Part shown: piece after piece, positions 27,728 through 46,348 of the stretch | Layout of the letters: the number at the start of each line of letters is the position of its first letter | Numbering within the stretch: the stretch's first letter is position 1 | Assembly: GCF_009914755.1 (NCBI RefSeq) | Contig: NC_060930.1 | Reading direction: 5' to 3' (one strand) | DNA: 64,000 nt | Source: the human T2T-CHM13v2.0 reference genome, Homo sapiens | Program-made: the position numbers and the translations under genes | Notes under the pieces: generated by a model | Database searches by the model: none | Told to the model about the DNA's origin: nothing | What the model saw: the letters and a program-made list of their open reading frames with translations, nothing else

Positions 27728-27891
27728 AAATTAAAATTTTTAAAAAGAAAAAATAGCATAGCATACAGACTGGATATCGCCAGTTTCAAAGTAATTATGG
27801 AAATCTCCCACTTCTGTTTAGTTTCTTTTTTTTTAACTGACTCCTTAATTATTCATAGTTGCTTTTTTAGGTACATATTTAATATGTCTAA

Positions 27892-28186
<295 letters not shown>

Positions 28187-28256
28187 TAATCATATTCTTA
28201 TAACCCAATTTTCATTTAAAAGTCATTGCAAAACCTTGATACCAATAGGCAAATTC

Positions 28257-28556
28257 TTTTTTTTTTTTTTTTTTGAGACAGAGTTTTGCTCTAGTTGCCC
28301 AGGCTGTAGTGCAATGGCGCAATCTCAGCTCACTGCAACCTCTGCCTCCCAGGTTCAAGCAATTATCCTGCCTCAGCCTTTTGAGTAGCTGGGATTACAG
28401 GCATCCGCCACCGCGCCCAGCTAATTTTTTGTATTTTTAGTAGAGACGGGGTTTGACCATGTTGGCCAGGCTGGTCTCAAACTCCTGACCTCATGATCCA
28501 CCCACCTTGGCCTCCCAAAGCGCTAGGATTGCAGGCATGAGCCACCACGCCTGGGC
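28257..28556 (-). repeat. AluS (Sp/Sq-like)
   Basis: Dimer; perfect TSD ccaataggcaaattctt. Confidence 0.96.
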
Positions 28557-29075
28557 CCAATAGGCAAATTCTTAATAATACCCTGATGATGAATGAAAGT
28601 GGCAAATTTTATGTTTATGTATGTTTTACCACTTCTTTAAAGGAGAATACCTTGAATATTCCAGGCACCAAGATGATTCTTTTTCCTGCAATATATCCGG
28701 GCTTAGTCTCTCTTTTTATAACAGGTCATTATCTTTTCATGTTTGTCAAACTCAGGATATGTGAGGAATACTGCAATAGACAGACGCCAAAGGTGGGCTG
28801 GGTAGAAAAGTTGGCTAATACCATGAGAATCGGGAATCTTCCCAAACCAGGGCCCAGAACATTACAGAAGATCAGTAAATCTTTGTTGAATAAATTAATA
28901 AGTGACTTATCTTAATAGTCACTTAGCACTGTTTTTGTATTTGAAATACTTGATCCATTTATCCAGTATTTATCCTGGTTCTCTGATCCCTCAGTCAGAA
29001 ATCAGGCTGTCATCCTGTGAGAGGTAAATCCTCCTAGATGTCATTTAGAGGCAGAAGTATTTAATTGGTTCTTAC

Positions 29076-29227
29076 ACAGAGGATTAATCTGAGAGACAGA
29101 CTTATTCCTGTCTTCTGCAAAAATGAGAAAACATTGTTTGAGCCTCCAAGAATTCTCTCATAAATTCTGTGTGCACTTCTCACAGTGGTAGTCTTCCCTT
29201 CCAATGTGGCAGCAAATGCAATTTAAC
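29076..29227 (-). pseudogene. Candidate exon(s) of decayed gene (one 152-nt exon, or 29184-29227 plus 29076-29114)
   Basis: Acceptors atattttTAG|GTTAAA (29227) and ttctcatttttgcag| (29114); donors gtgaga (29183) and gtaaga (29075). Phase-0 reading is VKLHLLPHWKGRLPL*EVHTEFMREFLEAQ. Confidence 0.5.
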
Positions 29228-29505
29228 CTAAAAATATCACAGGAAGACTAAAAGAACATTTGCTCTCCTTAGTTACTTCGTGCAGAACATAGTTATGTAC
29301 TAAGAAATTATTTAAACAAAGAGTAAAATGCTTAAAGCTCACAGATAACTCCCACGAGATTTCCCAAGTGCACTAATATATTCAAATAGTACAACTCTGA
29401 CACCAAGTGGTAAAAAAAAAGTATAAGCTCTTTGAATAAACAATACTGCAGATGGTATTATTATGGGTAGACCAAAAATTTTACAGCCTTTCAATCAGTG
29501 ATATT

Positions 29506-29904
29506 GTCTTAGCTCATTTTTTGTTGCTTATAACAGAATGCCTGAAACTCGTATTCTAAACACCATATGATTTATAGAGAAGAGGAATTTCCTTCTTACA
29601 GTTATGGAAGCTGAGAAGTCCCAGGTCGAGAGAGTACATCTGGTGAAGAATTTCTTCCTGGTGGGGACTCCCTGCAGAGTCCCAAGGTGGTGCAAGGCAT
29701 CACATGACGTTCCAGCTCAGCTCTCTCTTCCTCTTCTTATAAAGCCACCAATCCCACCTCCATAGCCCATTAATCAATTCACCCATTGATTCGTGAATCG
29801 CTCACAACTCAGTCACCTCTTATAGGCCTGACCTCTCAATCCTGCCCCATGGAAGATAAATTTTAACATGAGTTTTGGAGGGGGTAAATATTCATACTAT
29901 AACA
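29506..29904 (-). mobile_element. MST-family MaLR LTR
   Basis: tgtcttagc...cttacagttatggaagctgagaagtcc...catctggtga...acatgagttttggaggg...actataaca. Confidence 0.85.
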
Positions 29905-30236
29905 GATATGACTTCCAAGACTCATTGTCAATGCTATTTTTGATCTAATCATTTCTAAAGAAGAAGATTAGCATTGTTCCTTGTATAGAGTTGCTGAGAA
30001 AATTAAATAAATTAGAAAAGAAAAAGAAATTTTTAATGCCTGATACACAATTAAGTGCTAAATAGATGTTAATTATTATTACTGCCTAATTTCATGTCTG
30101 CTAGTGATAAGGACACTAAGCATGCTGTCCCTGTCCTCCACATGCAAAGAAAAAACCAAATGAAACAAAGTGTTAACAGGTGCTATGATAGACATGTTTA
30201 GTAGATACATGGAAGGCACATAAGAGGGAGTGATCA

Positions 30237-30562
<326 letters not shown>

Positions 30563-30599
30563 TCAGTTCTCTCTGAGCACTTTCTTCTTCAAATACAGA

Positions 30600-31100
30600 C
30601 CTTTAGCGACTATATTAGTAATATATGACCTCACACACTGCTCATGTGTGATTGACCCAGGGTTGGAAACTCATCTCAGTATGGGTACATCAAATCCTTT
30701 ATTTTAGGAATTTAGATTTGAAATTTTGATACATTTATCAGTCTGAGATGTTCACTTGAGCCAAGGATGTAAAATGAAGTGCTTTAAGGCTGTCATGTGC
30801 AAAAGAACTAGGACAGACCTGTCTACAGAGAAAAATAAAACAGAAATACAGAGGAGAGGCAGAGATGAGAGAGAGTTCAGATGCCTCCAGAGAGACACAG
30901 GATCTTCTTCCCAGTAACCAGCTCTCTGCAGTTCTAATGACTTTCCAATACTTGGTTCGAGACCTGAGAATGTTCTGGACAATATCCTTGCCCTTGAGTT
31001 TTGAGAGATATCCGTGCATCCTTATAATAAATTTCCTCTCCTTGTTAAATCTTGCCTTCGTGAATTTGTTATTTGCCACTAAAGTAATCTTGGCTTAGAC
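30600..31100 (+). mobile_element. Old MLT1 (J/K/L-like) LTR
   Basis: gcagagatgagaga...aataaatttcct...ttatttgccactaaag...tggcttagaca. Confidence 0.55.
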
Positions 31101-31577
31101 ACTGGATAAGCTCAAACATTAACTTTCCACCTAATATTTATTCTGAATAATTAAAATTTTATTATTTTAAATATCTGAGTACCACAGATATGTAATATAA
31201 TTTTATACTATAAATTGGATGCTGTTTTTCACCAATAGAGTAGCTGTTTATTTTCTCAGATGTAAAAGGCTGTCAATCTTGATTCTTTGATTAAGAAGAA
31301 AATAGATTTCTCCACAAAGAAAAGGGTACATTTGAATTTAAAATTCTACAAATATTTAACTAGAACATTTTTCCTAGTTAATTAAATTAACATATAGGAG
31401 TATGCAAAGATATGTCTCACACACATAAATGTATTAAGGTGAAACCATGACAGAGAAAAACTCATCTAGTGTACAGTAGAGATCAAATAAAGAAGACTAT
31501 CAAGTTTCTGGAAAGCCAGCACTCCACAGTTTACACATATGTACATCATAGTCAGTGTTTTTAAGAAAAAAAAATAT

Positions 31578-31933
<356 letters not shown>

Positions 31934-32735
31934 TTAAATTTAGAATACACAGAAATTTTTAAGAAAGAAAATCATCTTTTTAAGAAAGAAACATCATAGT
32001 CACTGTTTTTAAGAAAAAAATACATATTAAATCAAATTTTGGAAGTAACTTTTAAATCAAGAATACACAGAAATTTTTAAGAAAGAAATAATCTAGTGCC
32101 CCAGTACTGAAAGAAATTTTGTTTGCCTATTTTTCCACTCAAATACATTTTTTACACTGATCATAATGAATGTGCAGGATTTATCTTTCTTCTTCCCAAA
32201 TAATTTGTGAACTTTTTTTCACCATTAAACCATCTCCAAAAATATCTTTTCTGATGACTGAAAGATGGGAAGATAGGAGTAGAAAGAGAAAGGTTGTTCA
32301 AACCCTGTTCAGCTACCCCAAATACTGCTTTTTAAATGCTCTCATGCTATATAAAAGCTTTTAGAGACACATAGGACCAGGTATGGTGCCTTTACATACA
32401 TACAGATATTCCCCTACATCATGCACACATAGGGACAACATGGAGAGACACATTTCTGTGAGTGGTCTGCTGACTAAATAGGAGTAGAAAGGAGGTGAAC
32501 ATATCAAACCATTGTTCTTTTCTAAACTTGGGTTACTTCTATGAGTTCTTCTAACATAGGGGATTTATTTATGATTGTATGCCCCCAAAGGCATCTATCC
32601 TAAAGTATACATAAATGGTAAAAGAAATACATATTATCAGTTTAGAAAAAAGTTATCGTCTTCAAGTCTCTCAAACCCTTTACAACTAGATGTGATTAGC
32701 TAGAATGGCTATTCCACATTCTGAGTGCTCCTAAC

Positions 32736-32882
32736 CTTTCTCAATCTTTTTGAATATCTACTAGGAGGAGGTATTTTCATTGGCAGCTCTGCTTTGAAGT
32801 TTGTTTCTGCATAATCTATTTCTGTTTTATACCAAGAAGTCCCAGGCATGATATTCAGCCTTTCCCTCAATTCGAAATGCAT
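32736..32882 (-). pseudogene. Candidate exon of decayed gene (acceptor degenerate)
   Basis: 49-codon open frame MHFELRERLN...KIPPPSRYSKRLRK|gttagg. The upstream pyrimidine tract ttttctctctttctctctgaa lacks an adjacent AG. An alternate frame near the end reads LLVDIQKD. Confidence 0.45.
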
Positions 32883-32924
32883 ATTCAGAGAGAAAGAGAG
32901 AAAATTTGCTTATTAAATTTTTCA

Positions 32925-33278
<354 letters not shown>

Positions 33279-33297
33279 TCAGAAAGGATTTTCATAC

Positions 33298-33493
33298 AAA
33301 TTCAAATAGCATGGTGGATATTGTCATACTTAAAACTCCTCTAAATATTGCATTGGTAATTTTCCAGCAATTGTTTTACTCCTTTGGCCTCAAGCCATCT
33401 CCTTTCATCCTCATCCTTTTTCTTACTTCTTCCTTTCCAAATTACTCAGTATTCCAAATTTTCTTCCCTCTTTGTCAAGCACTAATAACAAAC
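33298..33493 (-). pseudogene. Candidate exon with RGS signature EENLEY*(W)V
   Basis: cattttcttag|GTTTG... gives ...KREENLEY*VIWKG...DERRWLEAKGVKQLLENY. The TGA sits at the invariant RGS Trp position. Possible donors at 33426 (gtaaga), 33329 or 33297 (gtatga). Confidence 0.6.
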
Positions 33494-33821
33494 CTAAGAA
33501 AATGACATGGTCAGTTTAACAAGATCTAAACTTGTGGTTTACAGAACAAAGAATACCATAGGAAATTCCCTCTTCTCCTTGCAGAAAACAACCACTTAAA
33601 AACAAGATAACATGAAATAAACCAAAATAACATGAAAGTAAAAAATGCATGGTTCATCTCATGAGACTAGAGACAGCTGATATCCAAGCCACAATATATT
33701 TGGAAGAGAGGCCAAAACCAGAGAAGAAAAAATAAAGTCAAGAGAAAACAGAGACAGGAGGTCTGTTGGTAAAAATCTCAGAATTAATCAGCAATGTACA
33801 TTTCTCCTAGGTAAAAGACAT

Positions 33822-34536
33822 GGTATTAGTCAAGGTTCTCCAGAGAAAGAGAACCAATAGGTGATGTGTATATATATTATATATACACATATATATATAT
33901 TATATATATATAATATATATACACACACAAAATATACATATTTTATGTTCCCATATATTAATGTGATATATATTTATATAGTATATATTTTAATATATTA
34001 TTTATAATCTATTGTTTCTGATTATATATACATACACAAACACATATACATATATACACACACAAAGAGGCATATAATAAGGAGGAATTAGCTCATGCAA
34101 TTATGGAGGCAGACAAGTCCCAAGTTCTGCAGGGTGAATCAAGCAAGCTGGAAATTCAGGAGAATTAATGGTTTAGTTCCAGTCTGAGTCCAAAGACTTG
34201 AGAACCAGGAGAGCTAATAGTGTAGTTCCCGTCTAAACACTGGCAAGCTCAAAACCGAGGAAGAACTAATGTTTCAGATGAAGTCCAAAGGCAGTCAGGC
34301 AGGAAGACTTCTCTCTTACTCAAGAATAATCAGCCCTTTTGTTTTATTAAGGCCTTCAACTGATTGGATGAGGCCCACCCACATTGGGGAGGGCATTCTA
34401 CTTTATACTTAGTCTACCTATTTAAATGTTAATCTCATCCAAAAACACACTCACAATAATACCCAAAATAATGTTTGATCAAATATCTGAACACATCATG
34501 GCCCAGTCAAGTTAACACATAAAATAAACCATCACA
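33822..34536 (-). mobile_element. MLT2 solo LTR with internal (TA)n expansion
   Basis: gtattagtcaaggttctccagaga...ggcccagtcaagttaacacataaaataaaccatcaca; 5-bp TSD gacat/gacac. Confidence 0.92.
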
Positions 34537-34852
34537 GACACACACTGAGGTGTGAAACTGAAACCACTTGTCAAAAACAGGAGACATAACATGCATAGAC
34601 TAGTAACAAAAACATCCCTTTTGTTCCAAAAAGTAGAGAAGAAAGAGTTCATTTATGATGAACAATACCAATTTGTAGGAAGCAATGTTAAACATTATAT
34701 TAGCAAAGAAAATCCAGTAGCACAATTAAGGAACAACACACCATAATCAAATATGATTTATTCCAGGAACACAAAGATGAATCAGTGTTTCAGAAAGTCT
34801 TTCTAAATATGGCACAAACCCAGAAACCACAAATAAAAGATTTATAAATTCA

Positions 34853-35237
<385 letters not shown>

Positions 35238-35316
35238 TTATACCTATCTTTCATAAATTAATAAGAAAAAGCTCGAGAGCCCTTTAGAAAAATAGGCAAA
35301 TTTTATGAAGAGATGG

Positions 35317-35669
35317 TTTTTTGTTGTTGTTTTGGGGTTTTTTGGGTTGTGGTGTTTTTTGATTTTTGGTTTTTTGGTTTTGAGACCGGGTCTCACCCTG
35401 TCATCCAGGCTTGAGTGCAGTGGTGCAATCTGGGCTTACTGGAGCCTCAACATTTCTGGGCTCAGGTGATCTTCCCCACCTTAGCCTCCTGAGTTGCTAA
35501 GACTAAAGGTCCATGCCACCACACTTGGCTAATTTTTGTATTTTTTTTGTGCAGAGACAGGGTTTTGCCGTGTTGGCCAGGCTGGTCTCAAATCCCTGGG
35601 CTCAAGCAGTCCACCCACCTCAGCCTTCCAAAGTGCTGGGATGACAGACATGAGCCACCATGCCCGGCT
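35317..35669 (-). repeat. AluJ with degenerate T/G-rich tail
   Basis: Diverged dimer. Confidence 0.92.
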
Positions 35670-35719
35670 GGTTTATTAAAAGGTAGAAAGGGTTCTTATG
35701 CTGCTGAAAAAGTATTCTC

Positions 35720-36480
35720 TCTCATAATAAAATAAAAGCAAAACAACTCTGAGATAATATTTCACCTACTAAATTGGCAAAGATTAAAAAATTGATACAC
35801 TTTGACAGGCAAGATATATTACTTCTGGAATGTAGATCGGCACAACCTCTATGAAAGGCAATGTAACAGTATCTATCACAATTATAAATATACTTACCCT
35901 CTGACCCAGCAACTTCACTTTTGGAATTTATCCTCCAGATATACTCATTTATTTGCAAAATGAGGGATGACCAAGATTAATCAAGGAAGTATCATTAGTA
36001 ATATCAAGAGGTTAGAAATAACCTAAATGCTCACCAATAGGGACTAGTAAATATATTATGGTGTATTCATATGATATAATGTTATGCAGCTGAAAAAAAT
36101 ATGAGATCTACCACATCACCTAAGACAATACCTTGCATATAGCTACTAAATGAATAAATTACTGAGAGGAAGGAAGAAAGGAAGAGGAAGGATTCTGTGT
36201 ACTGACATAAAGTAACCTCAAAGATATATTGTTAAGTGAAAAAAGTAAGATAAAGAAAAATATGTATAGTATTCCATTTAAAGATGAAAATGACTTATTA
36301 ATATATTTGCTTTATTGGGTATATAATATCTCAAGAAGGGTATATTCAAAACTAATACCAGTGAATACCAGTGACTGGGAAACTCAGGGACTGAGGCATA
36401 GGAATTGAGAAGATAGTGTTTTCATTTCAAATTCTTAACCATAGAAATGTATATCACCAAAAAATATGATTAAAACATTT
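35720..36480 (+). repeat. Old L1M(E) 3' region
   Basis: aaattggcaaagattaaaaa...gacccagcaacttcacttttggaatttatcc...acctaaatgc...gatatattgttaagtgaaaaaag. Confidence 0.75.
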
Positions 36481-36787
36481 TAAATAATTTTTAAATACAA
36501 AAAATAGAATCTATATTTATTAGAAGGTAATTTTGTTTATAAATATATGTTAGCTGCAAAAGAAACTACTCAGCAACTCCCTCCACCTGGACCTAAGTCT
36601 AAACCCATACAAAAGCATTATAAATAGGCAGATAAGATATTTATGTCCTCTCTATTAGACTGTTCCACTGCAGTCCTGTCTTGGTATCTATCACTACTGG
36701 AAATCTTTTGCTTGGTACTTACCTTGTCCACCCTTCCTTGTGTTCAGCAGGATATTTGAAGGAAAAAAAGACAGTGAGAGCTGAGTA

Positions 36788-37252
36788 TAGATGCTCTCAC
36801 ACTTAGAATGGGGTTATGTCTCCATTAACCCATCATTAAGTTGAACATATTGTAAGCCAAAAATACACTTAATACACCTAACCTATCCAACATCATAGTT
36901 TAGTCTAGCCTACTGTAAGTACTCAGAACACTTCCATTAGCCTACAGTTGGGCAAAATCATCTAACACAAAGCCTATTTTATAATAAAGTGTTGAATATC
37001 TCACATAATTTATGGAACACAGCACACAGTAGAGTACAATATCAGTTGTTAACGGTGGTGGTGAAGTGGCTGACTGAAAGCAGCAGCTTACTGCCTCCTC
37101 CAACATCATGATAGAGTGAGTATATTGCTAGCTTAGGAAAATATCAAAATTTAACAGTCAAAGTATGATTTCTACTCAATGTGTATTGCTTTTGCGCCAT
37201 CATGAAGTCAAAAAAATCTTAAGTTAAGCCATTGTAAGTCAGGCACCATCTG
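36788..37252 (+). mobile_element. MER47/Tigger5-type DNA element
   Basis: TA|tagatgctct...cctacagttgggcaaaatcatctaacacaaagcc...gtaagtcaggcaccatctg|TA. Confidence 0.88.
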
Positions 37253-37516
37253 TATTTATTTTCCTAAATTCTACCCTTCCAAGACATCCCAGGAAGAGCT
37301 GCCCTTGTCCACCATGGATCACAGCTCCTGTCAACAAGCCCTCCCCACACAGCCTGCTGTGTGTCCACATTCCAGTACCAGCTTCTTCATGCCCCTCTCC
37401 CCACCCCCACCATATCATTCAGTTGTAGAGATGGTAGCAGTCCCATTATTATGAGAACCAGATTATTGCTGTATTGCTTGTAGGTTCCTTGTACCCCAGC
37501 CACACCTTTGTAAATA

Positions 37517-38170
<654 letters not shown>

Positions 38171-38583
38171 CAGTTCCTTTTTAAAATTCTTCTCAAATTA
38201 TACACTTTGAGTATGCCATTTCATTCCAGGCCCTAACTGATAAATCATTTCAACCCTTGTCATTAGTTCTTAAACTAATATTTGCATGTTTTGTCTCAAC
38301 TCTTTGCTCCTCTTTTTCCCAAGTTGCAATTCAAAATTCATTTAACCTCAAACTGATAGTCTTTTTTTAAATTTCATAACACTTACTAAAATATATGCAG
38401 AATCCTAGCTGTATTCATTTTCACCTGTATCTTTTCAGCATTCAAATTATTTTAAGTTTGGAAGATTATTGTTGAAAGAGATTTTTTTCATCTCCTCCTC
38501 ATAAGTCAGAAAAAAATTTTTGGCCCCAGGTGGTTTACAGCCTTGCTTAACTAAGTGCGTGACCAGGATGGAAAGTTAGACCT

Positions 38584-39032
38584 ATGGTAGGCAGCAGGGC
38601 CAACTTCATGGTCATGTGACCTGTACAGTCAGCAGGACCCACACTTAGAAGAGTCCCAGACTTGGTTTAATTCACTGCTGTCATCATCTTGAAAATATTA
38701 ATATTCTTTGAACAAAGAGCTCTGCATTTTTATTTAACATTGAGTCCCACAAAATCATGATAGGCAGCTTTTAAGATGGTCTCTAATGGTAGACTGCCTT
38801 TAAGATGAGTGAGGATGGGAAAAAAAAGATGGTCCCTAATGGTCCCCACTTCCTGGTATTCACAGCCTTGTATAATCCTCTGCTCTTGAGTGTGAGCTGG
38901 ACCTACTGACTCAACTTCTAACAAACAGAGTACTGACAGTGATGAAATGTCATTTCCAGGATTAGGTTTAATAGACTGTGGCTTCTATTTTGTGTTTCTC
39001 TCTTTCCCTCTCTCTCTCTTTCTTTCTGTCTG

Positions 39033-39084
<52 letters not shown>

Positions 39085-39435
39085 TCTAAGGAAGTTAGCT
39101 GCCGCGTTGTAAGCTATCCTGCAGAGAGGACTACGTGACAACAAATCATGGTCTTTAGCGAAAAACCAGTGAAAAGCTGAGGCCTGCCAACAGCCATGAC
39201 AGGGAGCTTGGAAGCATATCATCCCCCAGGCAAGGCTTCAGATGAGACCGTAGTCCCACCTGACACCTTGTTTGCAGCCTGTGAGAAATCTTGAGACTGA
39301 GGCACCCAGATAAGCTATACTTGGACTCCTGACCCAAAGAAGCTGTGAGATAATAAATGATTGTTGTGTAAGCTGTTAGTACCTTAAATTTAGATTTTGG
39401 GTTAGAGCATTATGCAGGAATAGATGACTAATACA
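38584..39435 (+). mobile_element. MLT1F-like LTR containing MER45A (38594-38759) and (TC)n(CA)n
   Basis: tggtaggcag...taagatgg...cctggtattcac...ctgacccaaagaagctgtgagataataaa...gactaataca. The MER45A start cagggccaacttcatgg is flanked by repeated taggcag. Confidence 0.75.
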
Positions 39436-39739
39436 AATCCCCAAGATAAGCTTATTGCCATATGAAGTTCTTAAATAGATTATACAATTTTAAACGCAGA
39501 CATTACAAAAATATAGCATTTTCATTCATTGTTAAGACTCAGAGAACCTGGTCTATACTGGATTTCTAATGCGATCTCAGTTTTTGCTGGATCACAAGTA
39601 GTTTATTGCCCTTTGACAAAACCTCAGCAAAGTAACAACAGTGTCCTTCCCTACCCTTTCCAAACACATCCATTAATGAAGAAACATGTATCTTAACAAA
39701 GTACATTTCATTTCATTAAGTACCAAAGCACACACTTAC

Positions 39740-39791
39740 TTTTGCTTTCCTGGATGAGTACAATAGAGTGAAATGTTTCCTGAGCTCTGGG
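39740..39791 (-). pseudogene. Candidate 52-nt exon
   Basis: gtttttctattcactag|CCCAGAGC...GCAAAA|gtaagt, consensus-quality sites. All three frames are open (e.g. PELRKHFTLLYSSRKAK). Confidence 0.55.
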
Positions 39792-40077
39792 CTAGTGAAT
39801 AGAAAAACTACACACTGCTTACCCTCCCCAAGTTTGTTTCAGGTAATCCTCTGTGATTTCTACACCATTAACATTATTTTTTAGTGCTGTTTTTTTGTTT
39901 CAAAGAAATTAGTTTAATTATTTTCCAAAATATAAACAACATGAAATTCCAAAACTACTAGCAGATGCTAAAACAAGTTTTCCCAGGCTTCCAGGAGAAT
40001 AAACAGTCTGGTAACTGAAGATATGATCTAGATCTGGTTAAAACCATAAACCCCAGATTGTATGTTAATCATATTAC

Positions 40078-40189
40078 CCCTGTATTTCTTCTGAAATGCA
40101 ATTATTTCTGTGCAGTTTTCTTAGGCTATCTCTAAGTAAATGAGCCAATATGCCAAAGCAACTCATCCTTTAAAAGGAATTCAGCTAAT
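40078..40189 (-). pseudogene. Weak candidate exon
   Basis: tgtttcag|ATTAGCTG...CAGGG|gtaata; LAEFLLKDELLWH then, shifted, ILAHLLRDSLRKLHRNNCISEEIQG. Confidence 0.3.
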
Positions 40190-40452
40190 CTGAAACATCA
40201 ACATAAGCTAAAGATAAACCACAAACACAAGCATCGTATCCTAAAATAGACTTTATCAATCTTCTACCAACACTGAACTATAGTTTCAATTTCTTGTTTT
40301 TAATCCCTTACAGTGCCTAATCCAGTCCTAAAGAAAATATTTACTAGTAAACGAGTATGGAAAGAAGGAAGGTAAATAGGGGAAGAAGGAAGGAGGATTT
40401 TATTGGTTTGAAAAATAAGTATTATTTTAACATTTCCTTATAATTTACTAAG

Positions 40453-40970
<518 letters not shown>

Positions 40971-42078
40971 TTAAGCACTTCATGCTTAGCACCTTTGGGT
41001 CTGTGGATGAACTTCAAAGAATCCATGAACTCTCTTTGGCTTTTTTGGCATCGATAATATTTTTCTTATATTTAAAACATTAACTCATATTTAAGAAACC
41101 AATATTATATTTGATTAATAGAAAGTCACAATGTCATTGCTCTGTTGCACAGTTTTTTAAAAATGAAAATAAAAAGACTTCACCACAATGCAGATAAACT
41201 AAGGATTGAGATCAGGCTACCACAGAAATACTTAGCCCTAATTGTATGACAATTGTAGACTTAAAATCCTGAACACAGGCATCCAGTTAAACACAGCAGA
41301 TTAAAAATATAGAATGTATTGCCTCTCTCTCCTAAAACCACACTAAAATGACAGTAAGTAGATTTTTTTAACCACAAGGAGAAAGAGAATTTGAAAAAAG
41401 ATCATAGCAATCAACATTTTGGCTGAAAAGCAGATGGATGAGTGGTAACTGACTTAACAAACCAGAGAATACTAAAACCTAACAGTGTAATGGAAATCCA
41501 GAAACAGACAACGGAATCCCAGAAATGCTCAGAAAATTGAAGCATCAGTTACTCTTGAAAGTCAAAATTAGTACAGATGGATTTTAAAATAGAAAATTGA
41601 TATTTTTAAATGCTGTATAGTTTGACAGCTTCCTCTCCCTCAGAAACCTGCCCCAAAACTGAAGCTACTATCCATCCCCAATCCTGGAAGACAAATAAAG
41701 ATCTGCTCTCTGAAGAAATGGAACTATAGATATTTTAATTCAAGGACAAGATATTGAAACAGAATGATCAAGTGATCATTATTCATTACCGAAAAATAAG
41801 ATCTCTGACCCCCATTCCCTGGGAGAATGGATGATTTCTCCTAGCTCAAGGAAAATTACTTGAAGAGTCTGGTATCAGGTCCTGCCAGACGACACTACAG
41901 TAAAGTTTACCTGTGACTAGTTCTGCATACACATCCAGAGTTTCAAATCAACCTCACATTGCCTTACCATCCAATAGAAGCTGATAGCCAAGGACTGCCT
42001 GATACTTGAGAAGTCTCTAATGTGAATCAGCAATGAAAAAAGAAATAGAAAGAATTTGAGATAAAAAATATGCAGAAG

Positions 42079-42370
42079 GGGCCAGTGCAGTGGTTCACAG
42101 CTGTAATCCCAGCACTTATGGAGGCTGAGGTGGGCGGATCACCTGAGGTCAGAAGTTCAAGACCAGTCTGGCCAACATGGTGAAACCCTGTTTCTACTAA
42201 AAGTACAACAATTAGCTGAGTGTGGTAGCGTGTGCCTGTAACCCCTGCTACTTGGGAGGCTAAGGCAGAGAATCACTTTAACAAAGGAGGAGGAGGTTGC
42301 AGTGAGTCCAGATTGCACCACTGCACTCCATCCTGGGTGACAAAGCGAGACTCCATCTTGGAAAAAAAAA
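42079..42370 (+). repeat. AluS
   Basis: Dimer; TSD about aaatgcagaagg. Confidence 0.95.
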
Positions 42371-42411
42371 TGCAGAAGGAATAAAACATTCAAGAATTTT
42401 TTAAATTCTTA

Positions 42412-42940
<529 letters not shown>

Positions 42941-42959
42941 AAAAATATAAAAGCAACTT

Positions 42960-45067
<2,108 letters not shown>

Positions 45068-45183
45068 TATATACACCTTTTAATAGCAGAGGTCTAATCT
45101 TTGGTGTGCTCCCAGAAGGTGGACATTTCCAAATTTGAGCAATGTTTATAGAATAGATGAATTAGATAGCTGTAACATCTTAC

Positions 45184-45235
45184 CTGCAGCCAGTGAAAAA
45201 TATTCCCACTGGAAATGTATCCTGTTCTGATCCAC
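45184..45235 (-). pseudogene. Candidate 52-nt exon
   Basis: attattag|GTGGATC...CTGCAG|gtaaga (strong donor, weak acceptor); reads WIRTGYISSGNIFHWLQ or VDQNRIHFQWEYFSLAA. Confidence 0.45.
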
Positions 45236-45499
45236 CTAATAATATTCCTCTTTTTTGAAATATTAAGGTGGGTGTGGATAGTAAGTTTCAAAGTTCAGTA
45301 GCAGAGTTGGAATATAAAGTTGAGGAAATCTCTCAAAGCATAGAAGAAAAAAAAAGAGGGAATATAGGAGAGAAAATGTTAAAGAAAAGTAAAGAATCAG
45401 CATAGAAAATTCAACAACATACAAATAAGAGTTCCAGAAAGAATAGAGAAAAGGAGTAAAGAGAAATTTCAAAGAAATAATTAAAGAGTTTTCTTTTTT

Positions 45500-46168
45500 C
45501 CCCCAAGATGGTAGATTAAAGCTTTTAGCATGCCTCAGACACTTGGAAATAGCAAGGTAGTGCATAAAGATTAACTTGGTGACCTTTAATTCAAGAAGGA
45601 AAATTGGAATTCACCAGAATCATGAAGAACACCTCAGATCCTGGGAAGGAGAATGCAAGAAAACAGATACTGTGATGACATCCAGCTGATAAAAGTAAGT
45701 GAGTGAAGCTGCAGTATGTGAGCAAGGCATACGGCTTCCCTTTGTGTCTACTTTCCACTGGGGAGCAGGGCAACTCAGACCAAGGGAGAACACTTTGTTT
45801 CTCCCAAGCCCTGGAGCTAACTTGGGGAGAGGCTTGGAGACACTGTGATGGAAAGACACTGGGAAAAGCTACAGGCATTTTTCCAGATGTGGGACCAAAA
45901 GTGGAGTGCCATTTTTAATCTGGACTCATACAGTCAGCTATTTCTTGACTGACCTGGCGGCATTCCCACACAAGCATTTTAGTCTCAAGCCAGAGATTGG
46001 AGCACCTGCTCTGGAGCAGTGTTGGCCACAGCTGGCTCTTACACATAAGTGCCCCATCTACTGGCTTGTAGGTCAAACTGCACAGCCCAATAAAAAACCT
46101 GCTGACAAAAGTTCTTAGGGCTATAGAAGCAGAGCCAAAAGACCTTACCCAGCATTCTCTGTAGTCAC

Positions 46169-46212
<44 letters not shown>

Positions 46213-46315
46213 GGGGTGGGGGGGTGCAGTGGGAGATAAAAGAAGAATATTGAAGGAAAGAAAGAAAAATAATCAATATTACCCACATGAAAATTATTAG
46301 AGGTGCCAGCATCTC

Positions 46316-46348
<33 letters not shown>

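Noticed and set aside
39823-39859. Exon-like block (ITEDYLKQTWG|gtaagc)
   Set aside because: It is only 31 nt from the acceptor at 39791, too short for an intron, and its own acceptor is poor.
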